Shown here: in pieces, positions 10,315-21,645 of the stretch | How the letters are laid out: each line of letters starts with the position of its first letter | Numbering within the stretch: the stretch's first letter is position 1 | DNA from: Octopus sinensis | Lineage: Eukaryota | Direction: 5' to 3' | NCBI RefSeq assembly: GCF_006345805.1 | Contig: NW_021835020.1 | Location: 1 to 43,276, forward strand | Length of the DNA: 43,276 nt | Translations under genes and position numbers: made by a program | The notes under the pieces: model-generated | Seen by the model: the letters and a program-made list of their open reading frames with translations, nothing else | Database searches by the model: none | Told to the model about the DNA's origin: nothing

Positions 10315-10917
10315 ATGCACAAGGTCCGAAATCTTGGGAGAGGGGGCCAGTCGATTTGATCGACCCCAATACACAACTGGTACTTAATTTATCGACCCCA
10401 AAACGATGGAATGCAACGTCGACCTCGGCGGAATTTGGACTCAGAACGTAGCGGCAGACGAAATACAGTTAAGCATTTCGCCCTGCGTGCTGCCGTTTCT
10501 TATTTCTTTACTGTCCACAAGGGGCTAAAAATAGAGGGGACAAACAAGGACGGACAAAGGAATTAAGTCGATCACATCGACCCCAGTGTGTAACTGGTAC
10601 TTCATTTATTGACCCCGAAAGGATGAAAGGCAAAGTCGACCTCGGCGGAATTTGAACTCAGAACGTGACGGCAGACGAAATACCTATTTCTTTATTACCC
10701 ACAAGGGGCTAAACACAGAGGGGACAAACAAGGACAGACATAGGTATTAAGTCGATTACATCGACCCCAGTGCGTAACTGGTACTTCATTTATTGACCCC
10801 CAAAGGATGAAAGGCAAAGTCGACCTCGGCGGAATTTGAACTCAGAACGTGACGGCAGACGAAATACCGCTAAGCATTTCGCCCGGCGTGCTAACGTGTC
10901 TGCCAGCTCGCCGCCTT
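10315..10917 (-). mobile_element. SINE family B head-to-tail trimer
   Basis: Three copies of GGCAAAGTCGACCTCGGCGGAATTTGAACTCAGAACG; complete A-box head only at 10880-10917. Confidence 0.85.
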
Positions 10918-10938
10918 AGTATATATTTATATATTATA

Positions 10939-10966
10939 CAGGGTGAGCCAAAAGTAGGTTTACAGT
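10939..10966 (+). mobile_element. Solo Tc1/mariner-type terminal inverted repeat (TIR), tentative
   Basis: TA|CAGGGTGAGCCAAAAGTAGGTTTACAGT resembles Tc1/mariner termini; no partner found. Confidence 0.35.
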
Positions 10967-11464
10967 AATAACGTAGGCATTTTAAATTTATTTTAAAACA
11001 TTTTATTACATTTAAATTTCTATCTTACAAACTAAAATTAACTAAATTAACTAAATTAACAAAATTAACTAAATTTAGCATAGAATAAGGGTTTCATATT
11101 TTTTTATAATTAAGATCTAATCAGTCAATATTTTGGAATTTTTTCCTTAGATTTCTAATGCCTTTTCTGAATACATCACCTCCGGATTATCTAATAGAAG
11201 TCGTATAGGTATGAAAATTTGTATTGAAATAACTTGTATGATATAACTTATTAAACACACTCATCGGTAAAATTTCCTCTTATTTCTTATTTTTATTTTC
11301 CTAAAAGTTTCGTTGCGTCTTGCAACCTTTCCAATAGTCTTAATTTTACCGGTGAGTTTGTTAAATCATAAGGCACAAAAAGAAAATGACTCTCCCTAGA
11401 CACAACAGAATATGCTTCAACACACGAACTCACATAAAGAATCTTGCCAACCAAATCCAAAAAC

Positions 11465-11757
11465 GATAAACGTCGCCCTTTTCAAGCCTAGCCAGGCTAA
11501 TGGGCCCGGTTTCCCGGTTTCTATGGCGTATGTGTTCCCCCCAGCTGGACGGGACGCCAGTCCATCGCAGCGTTACTCAAGAAACAGGAAGAGAGAATGA
11601 GAGAAAGTTGTGGCGAAAGAGTACAACAAGGGTCACCACCATCCGCTCCGGGAGCCTCGTGGAGCTTTTAGGTGTTTTCGCTCAGTAAACACAAACAACG
11701 CTCGGTCTGGGAATCGAAACCGCGAACCTCCGACCGTCAGTCCACTGCCCTAACCAC
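11465..11757 (-). mobile_element. SINE family C with GCGATGGACTGGCGTCCCGTCCAG segment
   Basis: Body aligns with 1-200, continuing TTCTTGAGTAACGCTGCGATGGACTGGCGTCCCGTCCAG; this resembles conserved SINE central domains (from recollection, unverified). Confidence 0.75.
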
Positions 11758-11803
11758 ATATGTACGTATGTATGTATGTGTGTGCGTATGTATGTTTGTG
11801 TGC

Positions 11804-11875
11804 TTACTCTTTTACTCTTTTACTTGTTTCAGCCATCCGGCTGAGGCACACCATGTTGGCGGGCACCGCCCTTGG
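11804..11875 (-). mobile_element. SINE family A 3' tail fragment
   Basis: TTACTCTTTTACTTGTTTCAGCC...CCATGTTGG..GCACCGCC. Confidence 0.6.
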
Positions 11876-12184
11876 GAATTTTTTTCAAACTATTTTCTCA
11901 TGCGACATTTTCAGTTTTTATAACATTTTACTTTTTATTTTTTCCTGGCGTCGTTAGATATTTTTGTTGATTTTTTTCTTTTGTTTCCTCTTTTTTCTTT
12001 TTCCCATTCAATATTTCAATATATCAAATTTGCTGATCCTGTTATTTCATTGACATTCTTCTTTTCATTGTTATTGTTGTCGTCGTCTTATTGTCCTCGT
12101 CCTCTTTCGGTTGTCGGGCTCGTGCTTCTGTTACTCTTTCTTCCCCTTTGATCTTCTTACCGTTTTTTTGTCCGTCCGCCTATC

Positions 12185-12214
12185 TGTCTGTCTGACTGTC
12201 TGTATATCTATCTA

Positions 12215-12249
<35 letters not shown>

Positions 12250-12298
12250 ATCTATCTATCTACTATCTACCTACTATCCTTTCTGTATCTATCTATCT

Positions 12299-12329
<31 letters not shown>

Positions 12330-12583
12330 TCTATCTCATCTATTTATATCGTCTATCTCTATCTATCTATCTATCTATCTATCTATTATCTATCTCTATC
12401 TACCTACCTACCTACCTACCTACCTACCTGTCTGTCTATCTATCTACCTCTCTATCTATCTGTCTCTCTGCTTGTCTATCCATCTGTCTGTCTGTCTGTC
12501 TGTCTATTTATCTATCAAATCATTTGAGCGCTACTGTTTTCTTTATTGAACATCTCAGAATCTCATCTGTTGACTCTATTTTC

Positions 12584-12670
<87 letters not shown>

Positions 12671-12740
12671 GTCTGTTTACCTGTTATCTCTGTCTCTGTC
12701 TCTTTCTCTCTCTGTCTGTCTCTCTCTCTCTCTCCGTATC
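12185..12740. repeat. (TATC)n/(CCTA)n/(TCTG)n compound microsatellite
   Basis: Directly visible. Confidence 0.9.
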
Positions 12741-13467
12741 TATATGAATTCACGTATGAATGTGCCTGTGACTTGTGTATATATATTTAGTTGTCATATC
12801 ACTCCTCACTTCTTTTTCTTCCCTATCTATTTCCCCCTCTCTTCTGCTTACCCTCACTGCTCCTCCCTCTCTTCTCATTCATTGTACTCAATGTCTCCCT
12901 TTCTCTCTCCCGCCTATCTCTCTCTCGCTCTCTAAATCTCTACCCACCTTTCTATATCAGTCACCCACTTCCTCTCTCTTAGTTCCTCTCTCTTCCTCTC
13001 TCCGTCTTTCCCTCTCCTCCCTCATTTTCTGTACCCACACCTCTCACTCCCTCTCTTTCCTTCTCTCTCTTTATCGCTTTCTATTTTCATCTTCGCCTCT
13101 TTCTCAGAGCGCCACAACAGTCCGATTATTCAACACGAGACATCCGGAAACCAGACGCCATTTTCGTCGTTTGTCAAACTGTCTTTCCCAGACCCGTTGG
13201 AGCCACAACGATTTATGCGTACAATACCAATATGAAAAGACTTGTCGCTGTAAAGACATTTTATAACAATTTCCATAAGTAGAGAATTTCTAAGCCCTAA
13301 ACAAGTTTCCTAGAAATTATTCAAACAGCTTAAATATTTTACAACAAATGCAAATAGAAATAAATAAATAAAAAAGCGTTTGAAGTTTGAAGTCTGTGCC
13401 GTTGTTGCTGTTGGTGGTGGTGTTGTTGTTGTTGTTCTGCGCATTGTTAATAGTCAGTGGCCATATT

Positions 13468-13705
13468 AAGAAGATACGATGATGATAATGATGATAATGA
13501 TGATGATGATGACGATGGTGATGACGTTTGATGATGATGATGATGATTACGATGATGATGATGATGATGATGATGATGACGATGATGATGATTACGATGA
13601 TGACGTAATGATAATGGTGAATTACGATCATGAGCATGATCTTGATTATTATGATAATGATGATGTTGATCGTGATGGTGGTGATAACGATGATCAAGGT
13701 GGTTG

Positions 13706-13738
<33 letters not shown>

Positions 13739-13915
13739 CGGTGACCGTGGTGGTGGTTACGACAATGATAAGGATAATGGGTGACAGTGGAGTGGATGAC
13801 GATGATGATGATAATGATGATGGTGATGGTGGTGGTGGTGATGGTAGCAGTGGTGATAATGATGATGATGGTGGTGGTGGTGGTGGTGATGGTGATGGTA
13901 GTACAGGCGGCGGCG
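13468..13915. repeat. (GAT)n/(GGT)n imperfect trinucleotide tract
   Basis: Directly visible; source of the poly-D/H/M ORFs. Confidence 0.9.
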
Positions 13916-14015
13916 AAGCGTTCCATTTAGACTGTTGTAAATCACTTTATGCAATATAAAACAATGAAAAAGTCCCATCATTTCACCATACCCCCTCCTT
14001 CTTGCCCTCTCTCTC

Positions 14016-14535
14016 TACCTACCTACCTACCTACCTACCTACCTACCTACTTACCTACCTACTTACCTACCTACCTACCTATCTACCTACCTACCTACCT
14101 ACCTACCTACCTACTTACCTACCTACCTACCTCCTACCTACCTACCTACCTACTTACCTACCTACCTACCTACCTACCTACCTACCACCTACCTACTACC
14201 TACCTACCTACCTACCTACCTACCTACCTACCTACCTACCTACTTACCTACCTACCTACCTACCTACCTACCTGCCTACCTACCTACCTACCTACCTACC
14301 TACCTACCTACTTACCTACCTACCTACCTACCTACCTACCTACCTACCTACCTACCTACTTACCTACCTACCTACCTACCTACCTACCTACCTACCTACC
14401 TACCTACTTACCTACCTACCTACCTACCTACCTACCTACCTACCTACCTACCTACTACTTACCTACCTACCTACCTACCTACCTACCTACCTACCTACCT
14501 ACCTACCTACCTGCCTACCTACCTACCTGCCTGCC
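14016..14535. repeat. (CCTA)n microsatellite, about 520 bp
   Basis: Directly visible; source of the (LPTY)n ORFs. Confidence 0.95.
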
Positions 14536-14579
14536 AACCAACACTGTCTACCTTGTCCGCCTAGGTACGTACATATCTA

Positions 14580-14691
14580 CCCTCAATAGACAAAAAGAAG
14601 GCTTTCCTATCCGCGTGGGACACGAACCTACATCCCTTTGATATCGCGACTAAGTCTGCGGATAGGAAAGCCTTCTTTTTTCTGTCGAGGG
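14580..14691. mobile_element. 112-bp miniature inverted-repeat element
   Basis: Perfect 23-bp inverted repeat 14592-14614/14658-14680, extending imperfectly to CCCTC...GAGGG; CTA on both flanks. Confidence 0.6.
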
Positions 14692-14993
14692 CTAATATGC
14701 CCCTTTATTCGACTATTTTCCTTAGTCATTACACGGTGATCGCCATAAGCTTTAGGTTTATATAAAAACACTTCATATATATATATATATATATATATAT
14801 GTAATTAATAATAGACAGAGAGAGGAGATAGACAGATAAAAAATACACACACAGACAGACAGACAAACATATATTTAGATAGATAGATAGATTGGTAAGG
14901 TTTGATCGAAAGATAAATTCCAGAAAGAAAATAGGTAGCAGAGAGACGTGTCAATGCGAGAGAGAGAAAAATGAAAAAAAAGCTACATAACAG

Positions 14994-15056
<63 letters not shown>

Positions 15057-15100
15057 GAAGGACGGGAGCTAAATAAGAAAAAAGAGAAAAAGACAGACTG

Positions 15101-15153
<53 letters not shown>

Positions 15154-15353
15154 CATACACATGCAGGAGCATTTTACAGAAAAAGAGAAAAAGCGAAGGG
15201 AAGAGGGGAAAGAGAGAGAGAGAGAGAGTGAGAGAGAACGAGAACAGCCAAAAATAACAAATGTAACACCCAATGTCTAAATAAGGCACAATCACAGCGT
15301 ATTATTTTTACTGACAAGACTCCATTACTAAATGAAATGTGTATATATTGATT

Positions 15354-15391
<38 letters not shown>

Positions 15392-15544
15392 GTCCCTCTC
15401 TCTGTCTCTCTCTCTATCTATCTCTCTGTCTCTGTCTCTACCTATCTATCTATCTATCTGTCTATCTCTCTCTCTCATCACTTTATGTTGGTATGTCATA
15501 CGAACACACATACACGCCCGTAGATATATACACATACACACTGA

Positions 15545-15837
15545 GGTACGCTCACATGCGCGCACACGCATGTATATATATATACATACATATATATATA
15601 CACATATATGTATGTATATATATACAGGTTTGTATATATATATATGTATATATGTATATATATATGTACATATATATGTATACATATATGTATATATATG
15701 TATATATGTATGCATATATATATGTATGTATATATATGTATATATAAATATGTATGTATATATATATATGTATGTATATGCATGTATATATATGTATATA
15801 TATGTTTATACATATATATGTGTGTGTATATATATAT

Positions 15838-15868
<31 letters not shown>

Positions 15869-15905
15869 ATATATATATATATATTATATATATATATATA
15901 TATAT
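15545..15905. repeat. Degenerate (TA)/(TATG)n tract
   Basis: Directly visible. Confidence 0.9.
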
Positions 15906-16042
15906 AGGCCATATTTCAACGGTTCTTTATTCGTAGACGAATACGCATAATAACACAACCACTTATGTATATACACATGCACACATATATATGTATGCAT
16001 ATATAAATACACGCACAGGTATGTATATATGTATGAGCATAT

Positions 16043-16131
16043 AAGAGCGGAATTTGAACTCAGAACGAAATACAGAGGAAATAGTGCTAACCATTTCGCT
16101 CGGTGTGCTAACGTTTCTGCTAAGCTCGCCG
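16043..16131 (-). mobile_element. SINE family B head fragment
   Basis: GCGGAATTTGAACTCAGAACG...GTGCTAACGTTTCTGCTAAGCTCGCCGC. Confidence 0.75.
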
Positions 16132-17240
16132 CTTTTTCTGATGAAAGTAATGTTATGTGGAAATATTATTCTGTATATTCTACTGAACGTGGATATACGG
16201 TAGAAAGCTACGCAACTGCCGTATTCATCTCGAGAAAGTATTGTCCATCAGAGGCAGTGGAATTTCTAAATTCGGATTTCTGCTTTATTGCGCTCCATCA
16301 GTAGCAAGTATCTATTAGTAATTGCTTAGACAAATTTAGTTTGCACAGATATAAAAAGATAGAGAAAGAGAAGAGGGTGAGAAAAGGAGAGAGAGAGAGA
16401 GAGAGAGAGGAAAAGAGATTCAGAGAGAGAGAAAGGGAGAGGGAGAGGGGGGCAAAGAAATACAGTGAGAGAGAGGGAGAGGGGAAGAGGGAAAGAAGGA
16501 GAGATGGTGAGATGGGGAGCGAGAGAGAGATGGAAAGAAAGATGAGAGAGGGAGAAGGAGAGAGAGGGAGGGAATGAAAGAGATTGAGAGAGAGAGAGAG
16601 AGAGAGTAAGAAAGAGAGAGAGGGAGAGAGAAAGAAAGAAAGAAAGAGAATGAGAGAGAGAGAGAGAGAAACTGCAAACTTTTACCGTCGGAAATATACT
16701 TACGTTTCAGTATTTTTACTGTCTTTTCGATTTTTCTTTTAGCTTTACTTTACATAACGGAATGGAGATTGTTAAAATAATAATTTATAAATCCATTTCT
16801 GTACACATTGTACGTCCTTCTATAATATTCCGCAGCATAAACGAAAACTTTGAAAATATAGTTGACAATCGAATTAAGAAACGTGAAACAACAGCACGCA
16901 TGATATATATATATATATGTAATCAAAATATGTAGTTAATCAAGACTAGCTGTAAAGAAGTGATCTTAAAACAGTGCGTGTGTTTATTATTGTTGGCATG
17001 ATGACCCTCCCAAGATACAACATTTTATAAATATATTGATCTATCGTGGAGACAAATACGTTATCTATTGCTACATGTTTTTATGTGCCAGCATTTTTGT
17101 CTGATGATCAGAAGTTCGTAGTTTCAAATCGTGGAGCGGGTGGTCGTTGCGTTTTAATAAATAAAGAATTTCATTTTGCATTTACCTCAGTTTCCTTATT
17201 TGTAATGAGTACCAACTGCTGACGAGATGATAATTATTGA

Positions 17241-17430
17241 CTTTATTCTTTTATTTGTTCCAGTAATTTGCTGCGGCCATGCTGGAGCACCGCCTTTAGT
17301 CGAGCAAATCAACTTGTTCTTTGTAAGCCTTGTTCTTATTCTATTGCTCTCTTTTGACGAGCCGATAAGTTACGGGAACATAAGCACACAAGCATCGGTT
17401 GTCAAGCGATGTTGGGGGAACAAACACAGA
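17241..17430 (-). mobile_element. SINE family A 3' half
   Basis: GCGGCCATGCTGGAGCACCGCCTTTAGTCGAGCAAATC...GTCAAGCGATGTTGGGG. Confidence 0.85.
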
Positions 17431-17458
17431 GCCCCTCCCCATATATATATATTCCAAC

Positions 17459-17935
17459 TAAAGGCAGTGAGCTGGCACAACGTTAGCAGGCCGGGCGAAA
17501 TGCTTAGCGGTATTTCGTCTGCAGTTACGTTCAGAGTTCAAATTCTACCGAGGTCGACTTTGCCTGTCATCCTTTCGGGGTCGATAAAATACGTACCAGT
17601 TATGCACTGGGGTCGATATAAACGATTTGATCCATTTGTCCCCTCTCTGTTTACCCTCTTGTGGGCAGTAAAACAAATAAGAACCGTTAGCTCTCAAGGC
17701 CAGATGCTTCGCAGCATTTCGTCCCTCGATACGTTCTGAGTTCAAATTCCGCCAAGCTCTACTTTACTTTCCATCCTTTCAGGGTCGATGAAATAAGTAA
17801 CAGTAGAACACTGGGGTCGATGTAATCATCAGGTGTAGAACAAATCCCCTTCGGTTATATTTTTGGTGGAGGTGTGCAATAAGAAGCTCTGTCCTGAAAT
17901 TCAGTGGCTTTGTACCAAAATTTGAAAGCAATATT
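17459..17935 (+). mobile_element. SINE family B dimer (tail 1 unit plus tail 2 unit)
   Basis: Two GAGTTCAAATTC...CATCCTTTC.GGGTCGAT units joined at AATAAGAACCGTTAGC. Confidence 0.8.
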
Positions 17936-18049
17936 AAAGACACACACACACACGACGAGCTTCTCTACAGTTTCCTTCTACTAAATTCCAGATAAAAAGC
18001 ATTCGCTAACATTTGGCTAAAATAAAATCCATTTGCCAACCTGATCGCG

Positions 18050-18118
18050 CAGTGAGGTCGAAAACGGTTTGTCCCCTCTATGTTTAGCCCCTTGTGGGTA
18101 ATAAAGAAATAGGTATTA
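18050..18118 (+). mobile_element. SINE family B tail fragment
   Basis: GTTTGTCCCCTCTATGTTTAGCCCCTTGTGGGTAATAAAGAAATAGGTATT. Confidence 0.75.
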
Positions 18119-18149
18119 AGTGATTGACAAACGATTTGTTTAACCACAC

Positions 18150-19148
18150 AGTCGTGCTTACGCCAACAACAACAGCAAAAACATCCATCAACACTCTCAT
18201 TTCTACATATACCCCATCGCCACCCTCTATTACTACAACAATAACAGCTACACTCCCGCGGCTCTCAACACCACACATACTGCTGTCATCACTAACACTG
18301 CAACCATAACCACAACATTTACGAAATTGGCCACCGCCAACACCACCAACACTACCGCCAATACTACCACCAGAAACCATTACGAATACCCCTGAGAGCA
18401 CCACATATACCATTACCCTCAGCACTATCACCAACTACACAATTTCCATCCCAACCCCCACCCCACCATCGTTACTACCAGCGGCGCCACCAACAACTAC
18501 CAATATCACCAACACAACCATGACCACCACCACCAACTGCCATTTTCCAGCACCACCGACTCCAAGAAAAAACAGCTCTACTATCAATATTACCTACACC
18601 ACCATCACCACCACCACCAGCACCACCACTACCATGACGACGATGACGACCACTACCACCACCACCACCAGCACCACCAGCACCACCACTACCATCACCA
18701 CCAACAATACAAACACCAACACAACCATGACGACGATGACGACCACTACCACCACCACCACCAGCACCACGCCCATCATCATCATCATCATCATCATCAT
18801 TATTATCACCTCCACTACGTCCACCACCACTACCACCACCTGCACCATCACCAGCACCACCTCCATCATCATTATCATCACTACCACCTCCATCATCATC
18901 ATCACCACCACCACCACCGCCACCACCACCACCACTACCACCACTACCACTACCTCCACTACCACTACTACCACCATCACCACCACCACTATAACCGTTA
19001 CCTCCACAGCTATTACTACCACTAACACCACCACCACCACCACTACCACTGTTTTCACCACCAACACCACAAACACTAGCATAACCATCACGAGGACAAC
19101 GACGACGACCACCACCACCACCACCACCACCACACCACCACCAACCAC
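18150..19148. repeat. (ACC)n/(ATC)n imperfect trinucleotide tract, about 1 kb
   Basis: Directly visible; source of the poly-T and poly-V ORFs. Confidence 0.9.
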
Positions 19149-19825
19149 TGTCATTTTATCAGAAGCAACAGGATAATCTTTGTACTTTAGAAAGCAAGAT
19201 AAAAACAAAAACGTATGCAAAAATATTTAAATAAAATAATAGTTTTTTTTTTTTTGAAACAAAAAAAATCACTAAGAGAAAACAAAAACAAATATATATA
19301 TATACAAACTGAATGAATAAAACGACAAAAATAAAACAAAAAAATACAGAGGAACGAGAAAAAAAATATAAAACGGAGAACTAGACAAGGCTGAGGGTCA
19401 AAGGTGAAGAGACATGATGGCGACAGCAATGTTTCCTGCCTTAAACAATTCGTCGTCGCTTTGACTTAAACCTGACTGTCCTACTATCGTGTGTGATAGT
19501 GGACGCTAAAATAGAAAACAAAAAAAAAAGATCTACAATAATAATAATAATAATAATAATGATAAAGGAAATAAAAATACAACTGTCTTTTTTTGTTTCG
19601 TTTTGTTTGGTGTTTTTTGTAGGTTTAGACCCAGACCACCGTGCCACGATTGGTGTGAAAAAATACCGATAGGCGCCACATTGAACACCTCAACTGTCTG
19701 CTTGCGTGCAACAAGTACCTGTGGGGATGGTATGTCTATTTATGTAGGTATGCGTAAATGCGCGTAAGCGTGTTTGACTCTGTGTGTGTGTGTGCGTGTG
19801 ATATAAGTGCGATAACAATATAAGT

Positions 19826-20435
19826 TAAAGGTGTGGTTGTGTGGTAAGAAGCCTGCTTTTAAACTACATGATCCCGGGTTCAGCTCTACTGCATGGCAAC
19901 TTGAGCAAATGTCGGATCTTTTCGGTTTGAACGGCAGTTTTTTCTAGCGGTGTCATATGAAATCGTCACCCATATTTATGACCTTAGTATCGATCTATTG
20001 CATTTCAATCTGTTTTAGGGTTAGGGTTAGTTAGGGTTAGGAGTGGGGGGGGGAAGGGTATCTTTTTTTCTTCAGAAATGTAAATAAACCCATTCTGTTT
20101 CTTAAACGAGGGACATATTCATAAGGCACAGAATGCTTTTTTTTACCTCAATAGACGTCAATAATTGGTTGAAATTGGAGAAATTGAAAAAAAAACCCAA
20201 CAAATATCTTACAAACCGTAGAATTTTCTTAATAAAGCCAAGAGAAAAAGATGTTTTATAAACACATTCTACCAGTATACGAAGTTTAAAAGTGTTTAGT
20301 TACGTGGAAATTATTTTTAAAAAACTGCCGTTCAAACCGAAAAGATCCCAAATGTCTTCTACTATAGCCTCAAGCCGAACAAAACCTTATGACGAAATTT
20401 CGTTGAATAAAACTGAAGGAAGTCCGTCATATATA
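19826..20435 (+). mobile_element. SINE family A 5' half, interrupted by a MITE
   Basis: Removing 19914-20356 restores TTGAGCAAATGTCTTCTACTATAGCC. Confidence 0.85.
19914..20348. mobile_element. 435-bp MITE with 30-bp perfect TIRs, 8-bp TSD and internal TTAGGG repeats
   Basis: TIR GGATCTTTTCGGTTTGAACGGCAGTTTTTT at 19914-19943 and 20319-20348; TSD CAAATGTC at 19906-19913 and 20349-20356. Superfamily uncertain (GG start with 8-bp TSD fits Merlin or Mutator-like). Confidence 0.92.
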
Positions 20436-20664
20436 TTAGGTCATCCCATAAATAATGCAGTATTTTCATTTGCATGAACTAAATGTCGAAGTGAGACGGG
20501 ATAAACTACTTGCATCAACCTGCTTTAAAAGAGGTAGTAATTTTACCTTGTACCTATTCTTAGTGCAAGTTTTGGTCCGGTTCGATTTTAACAGTTATTT
20601 TTTCAAAGCTATAATGGATGTGACAAAGAAGCGCATTCGGCATATTTTGCTGTATGAGTTCAAC
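20436..20664 (+). mobile_element. Mariner 5' end: TIR and transposase N-terminus, truncated
   Basis: TA|TTAGGTCATCCCATAAATAATGCAG mariner-type TIR; ATG GAT GTG...encodes MDVTKKRIRHILLYEFN, like mariner N-termini. Confidence 0.7.
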
Positions 20665-21032
20665 AACCACATGGTTCCGGGTTCAGTCCCACTGCGTGGC
20701 ACCTTGTGCAAGTGTCTTCTACTATAGCCTCGGGCCGACCAAAGCCTTGTGAGTGGATTTGGTAGACGGAAACTGAAAGAAGCCCGTCGTATATATGTAT
20801 ATATATATGTGTGCGTGTGTGTGTTTGTGTGTCTGTGTTTGTCCCCCCTAGCATTGCTTGACAACCGATGCTGGTGTGCTTATGTCCCTGTTACTTAGCG
20901 GTTCGGCAAAAGAGACCGATAGAATAAGTACTAGGCTTACAAAAGAATAAGTCCCGGGGTCGAGTTGCTTGATTAAAGGCGGTGCTCCAGCATGGCCGCA
21001 GTCAAATGACTGAAACAAGTAAAAGAGTAAAG
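20665..21032 (+). mobile_element. SINE family A lacking its A box
   Basis: Begins AACCACATGGTTCCGGGTTCAGTCCC and runs to the tail GAAACAAGTAAAAGAGTAAAG. Confidence 0.9.
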
Positions 21033-21052
21033 GTTGAAATTATGGTTTTTAT

Positions 21053-21426
21053 AGGCGCAGGAGTGGCTGTGTGGTAAGTAGCTTGCTTCCCAACCACAAG
21101 GTTCCGGGTTCAGTCCCACTGTGTGGCACCTTGTCTTCTGCTATAGCCTCGGGCCGTCCAAAGCATTGTGAATGGATTTGGTAGACGGAAACTGAAAGAA
21201 GCCTGTCGTATATGTGTGTGTGTGTGTGTGTTTGTCCCAACCGACGCTTGGCAGCCGGTGTTGATTCGTTTACGTCCATGTAAGTTAGAAGTTCGGAAAA
21301 AAACCAACGGAACAACTGAGTTAGAAGATAATTAGCCTTGGGATCAGTTACTGGACTCAGCCGTTTCCGGGAAGTGCCCCAGGATGGCCGCAGTTCAATG
21401 ACTGAAAGAAGATAAAGATAAAAGAT
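21053..21426 (+). mobile_element. SINE family A, full length with diverged 3' half
   Basis: AGGCGCAGGAGTGGCTGTGTGGTAAG...GGTTCAGTCCC...ATGACTGAAAGAAGATAAAG. Confidence 0.9.
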
Positions 21427-21427
21427 G

Positions 21428-21479
<52 letters not shown>

Positions 21480-21481
<2 letters not shown>

Positions 21482-21645
21482 CGTGGTTTCTATTCCCAGA
21501 TGGTTCTGTGTTGTGTTCTTGAGCAAAGTGGTCCATTTCGCGTTGATCCAGTCCTCCGAGGCTGTAAAATTGTAAAACTTACAACGAACTGGCATTCCGT
21601 TTGGGGGTAATGCAGGCTTGTCTGCCAAGCCAGCGAGGTGGTATT
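21480..21645 (+). repeat. Degenerate SINE-body-like fragment
   Basis: GTGTTGTGTTCTTGAGCAAAG and GAACTGGCATTCCGTTTGGGGG loosely resemble family A and C body motifs. Confidence 0.3.

Noticed and set aside
13447-14641. Long ORFs (poly-D/H/M, LPTY repeats, 100-230 aa)
   Set aside because: Translations of (GAT)n, (GGT)n and (CCTA)n microsatellites, open in several frames.
16135-16175. CTGATGAAAG...GGAAATATT as a hammerhead
   Set aside because: No stem I or stem II pairing.
17227-17739. 170-aa ORF
   Set aside because: Runs across SINE A and SINE B sequence.
18124-19220. Mucin-like Thr-rich ORFs
   Set aside because: (ACC)n tract open on both strands, no splice or signal evidence; a mucin exon is not strictly excluded but is unsupported.
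20015-20045. True telomere or chromosome end
   Set aside because: Only about four units, inside a TIR/TSD-bounded MITE.
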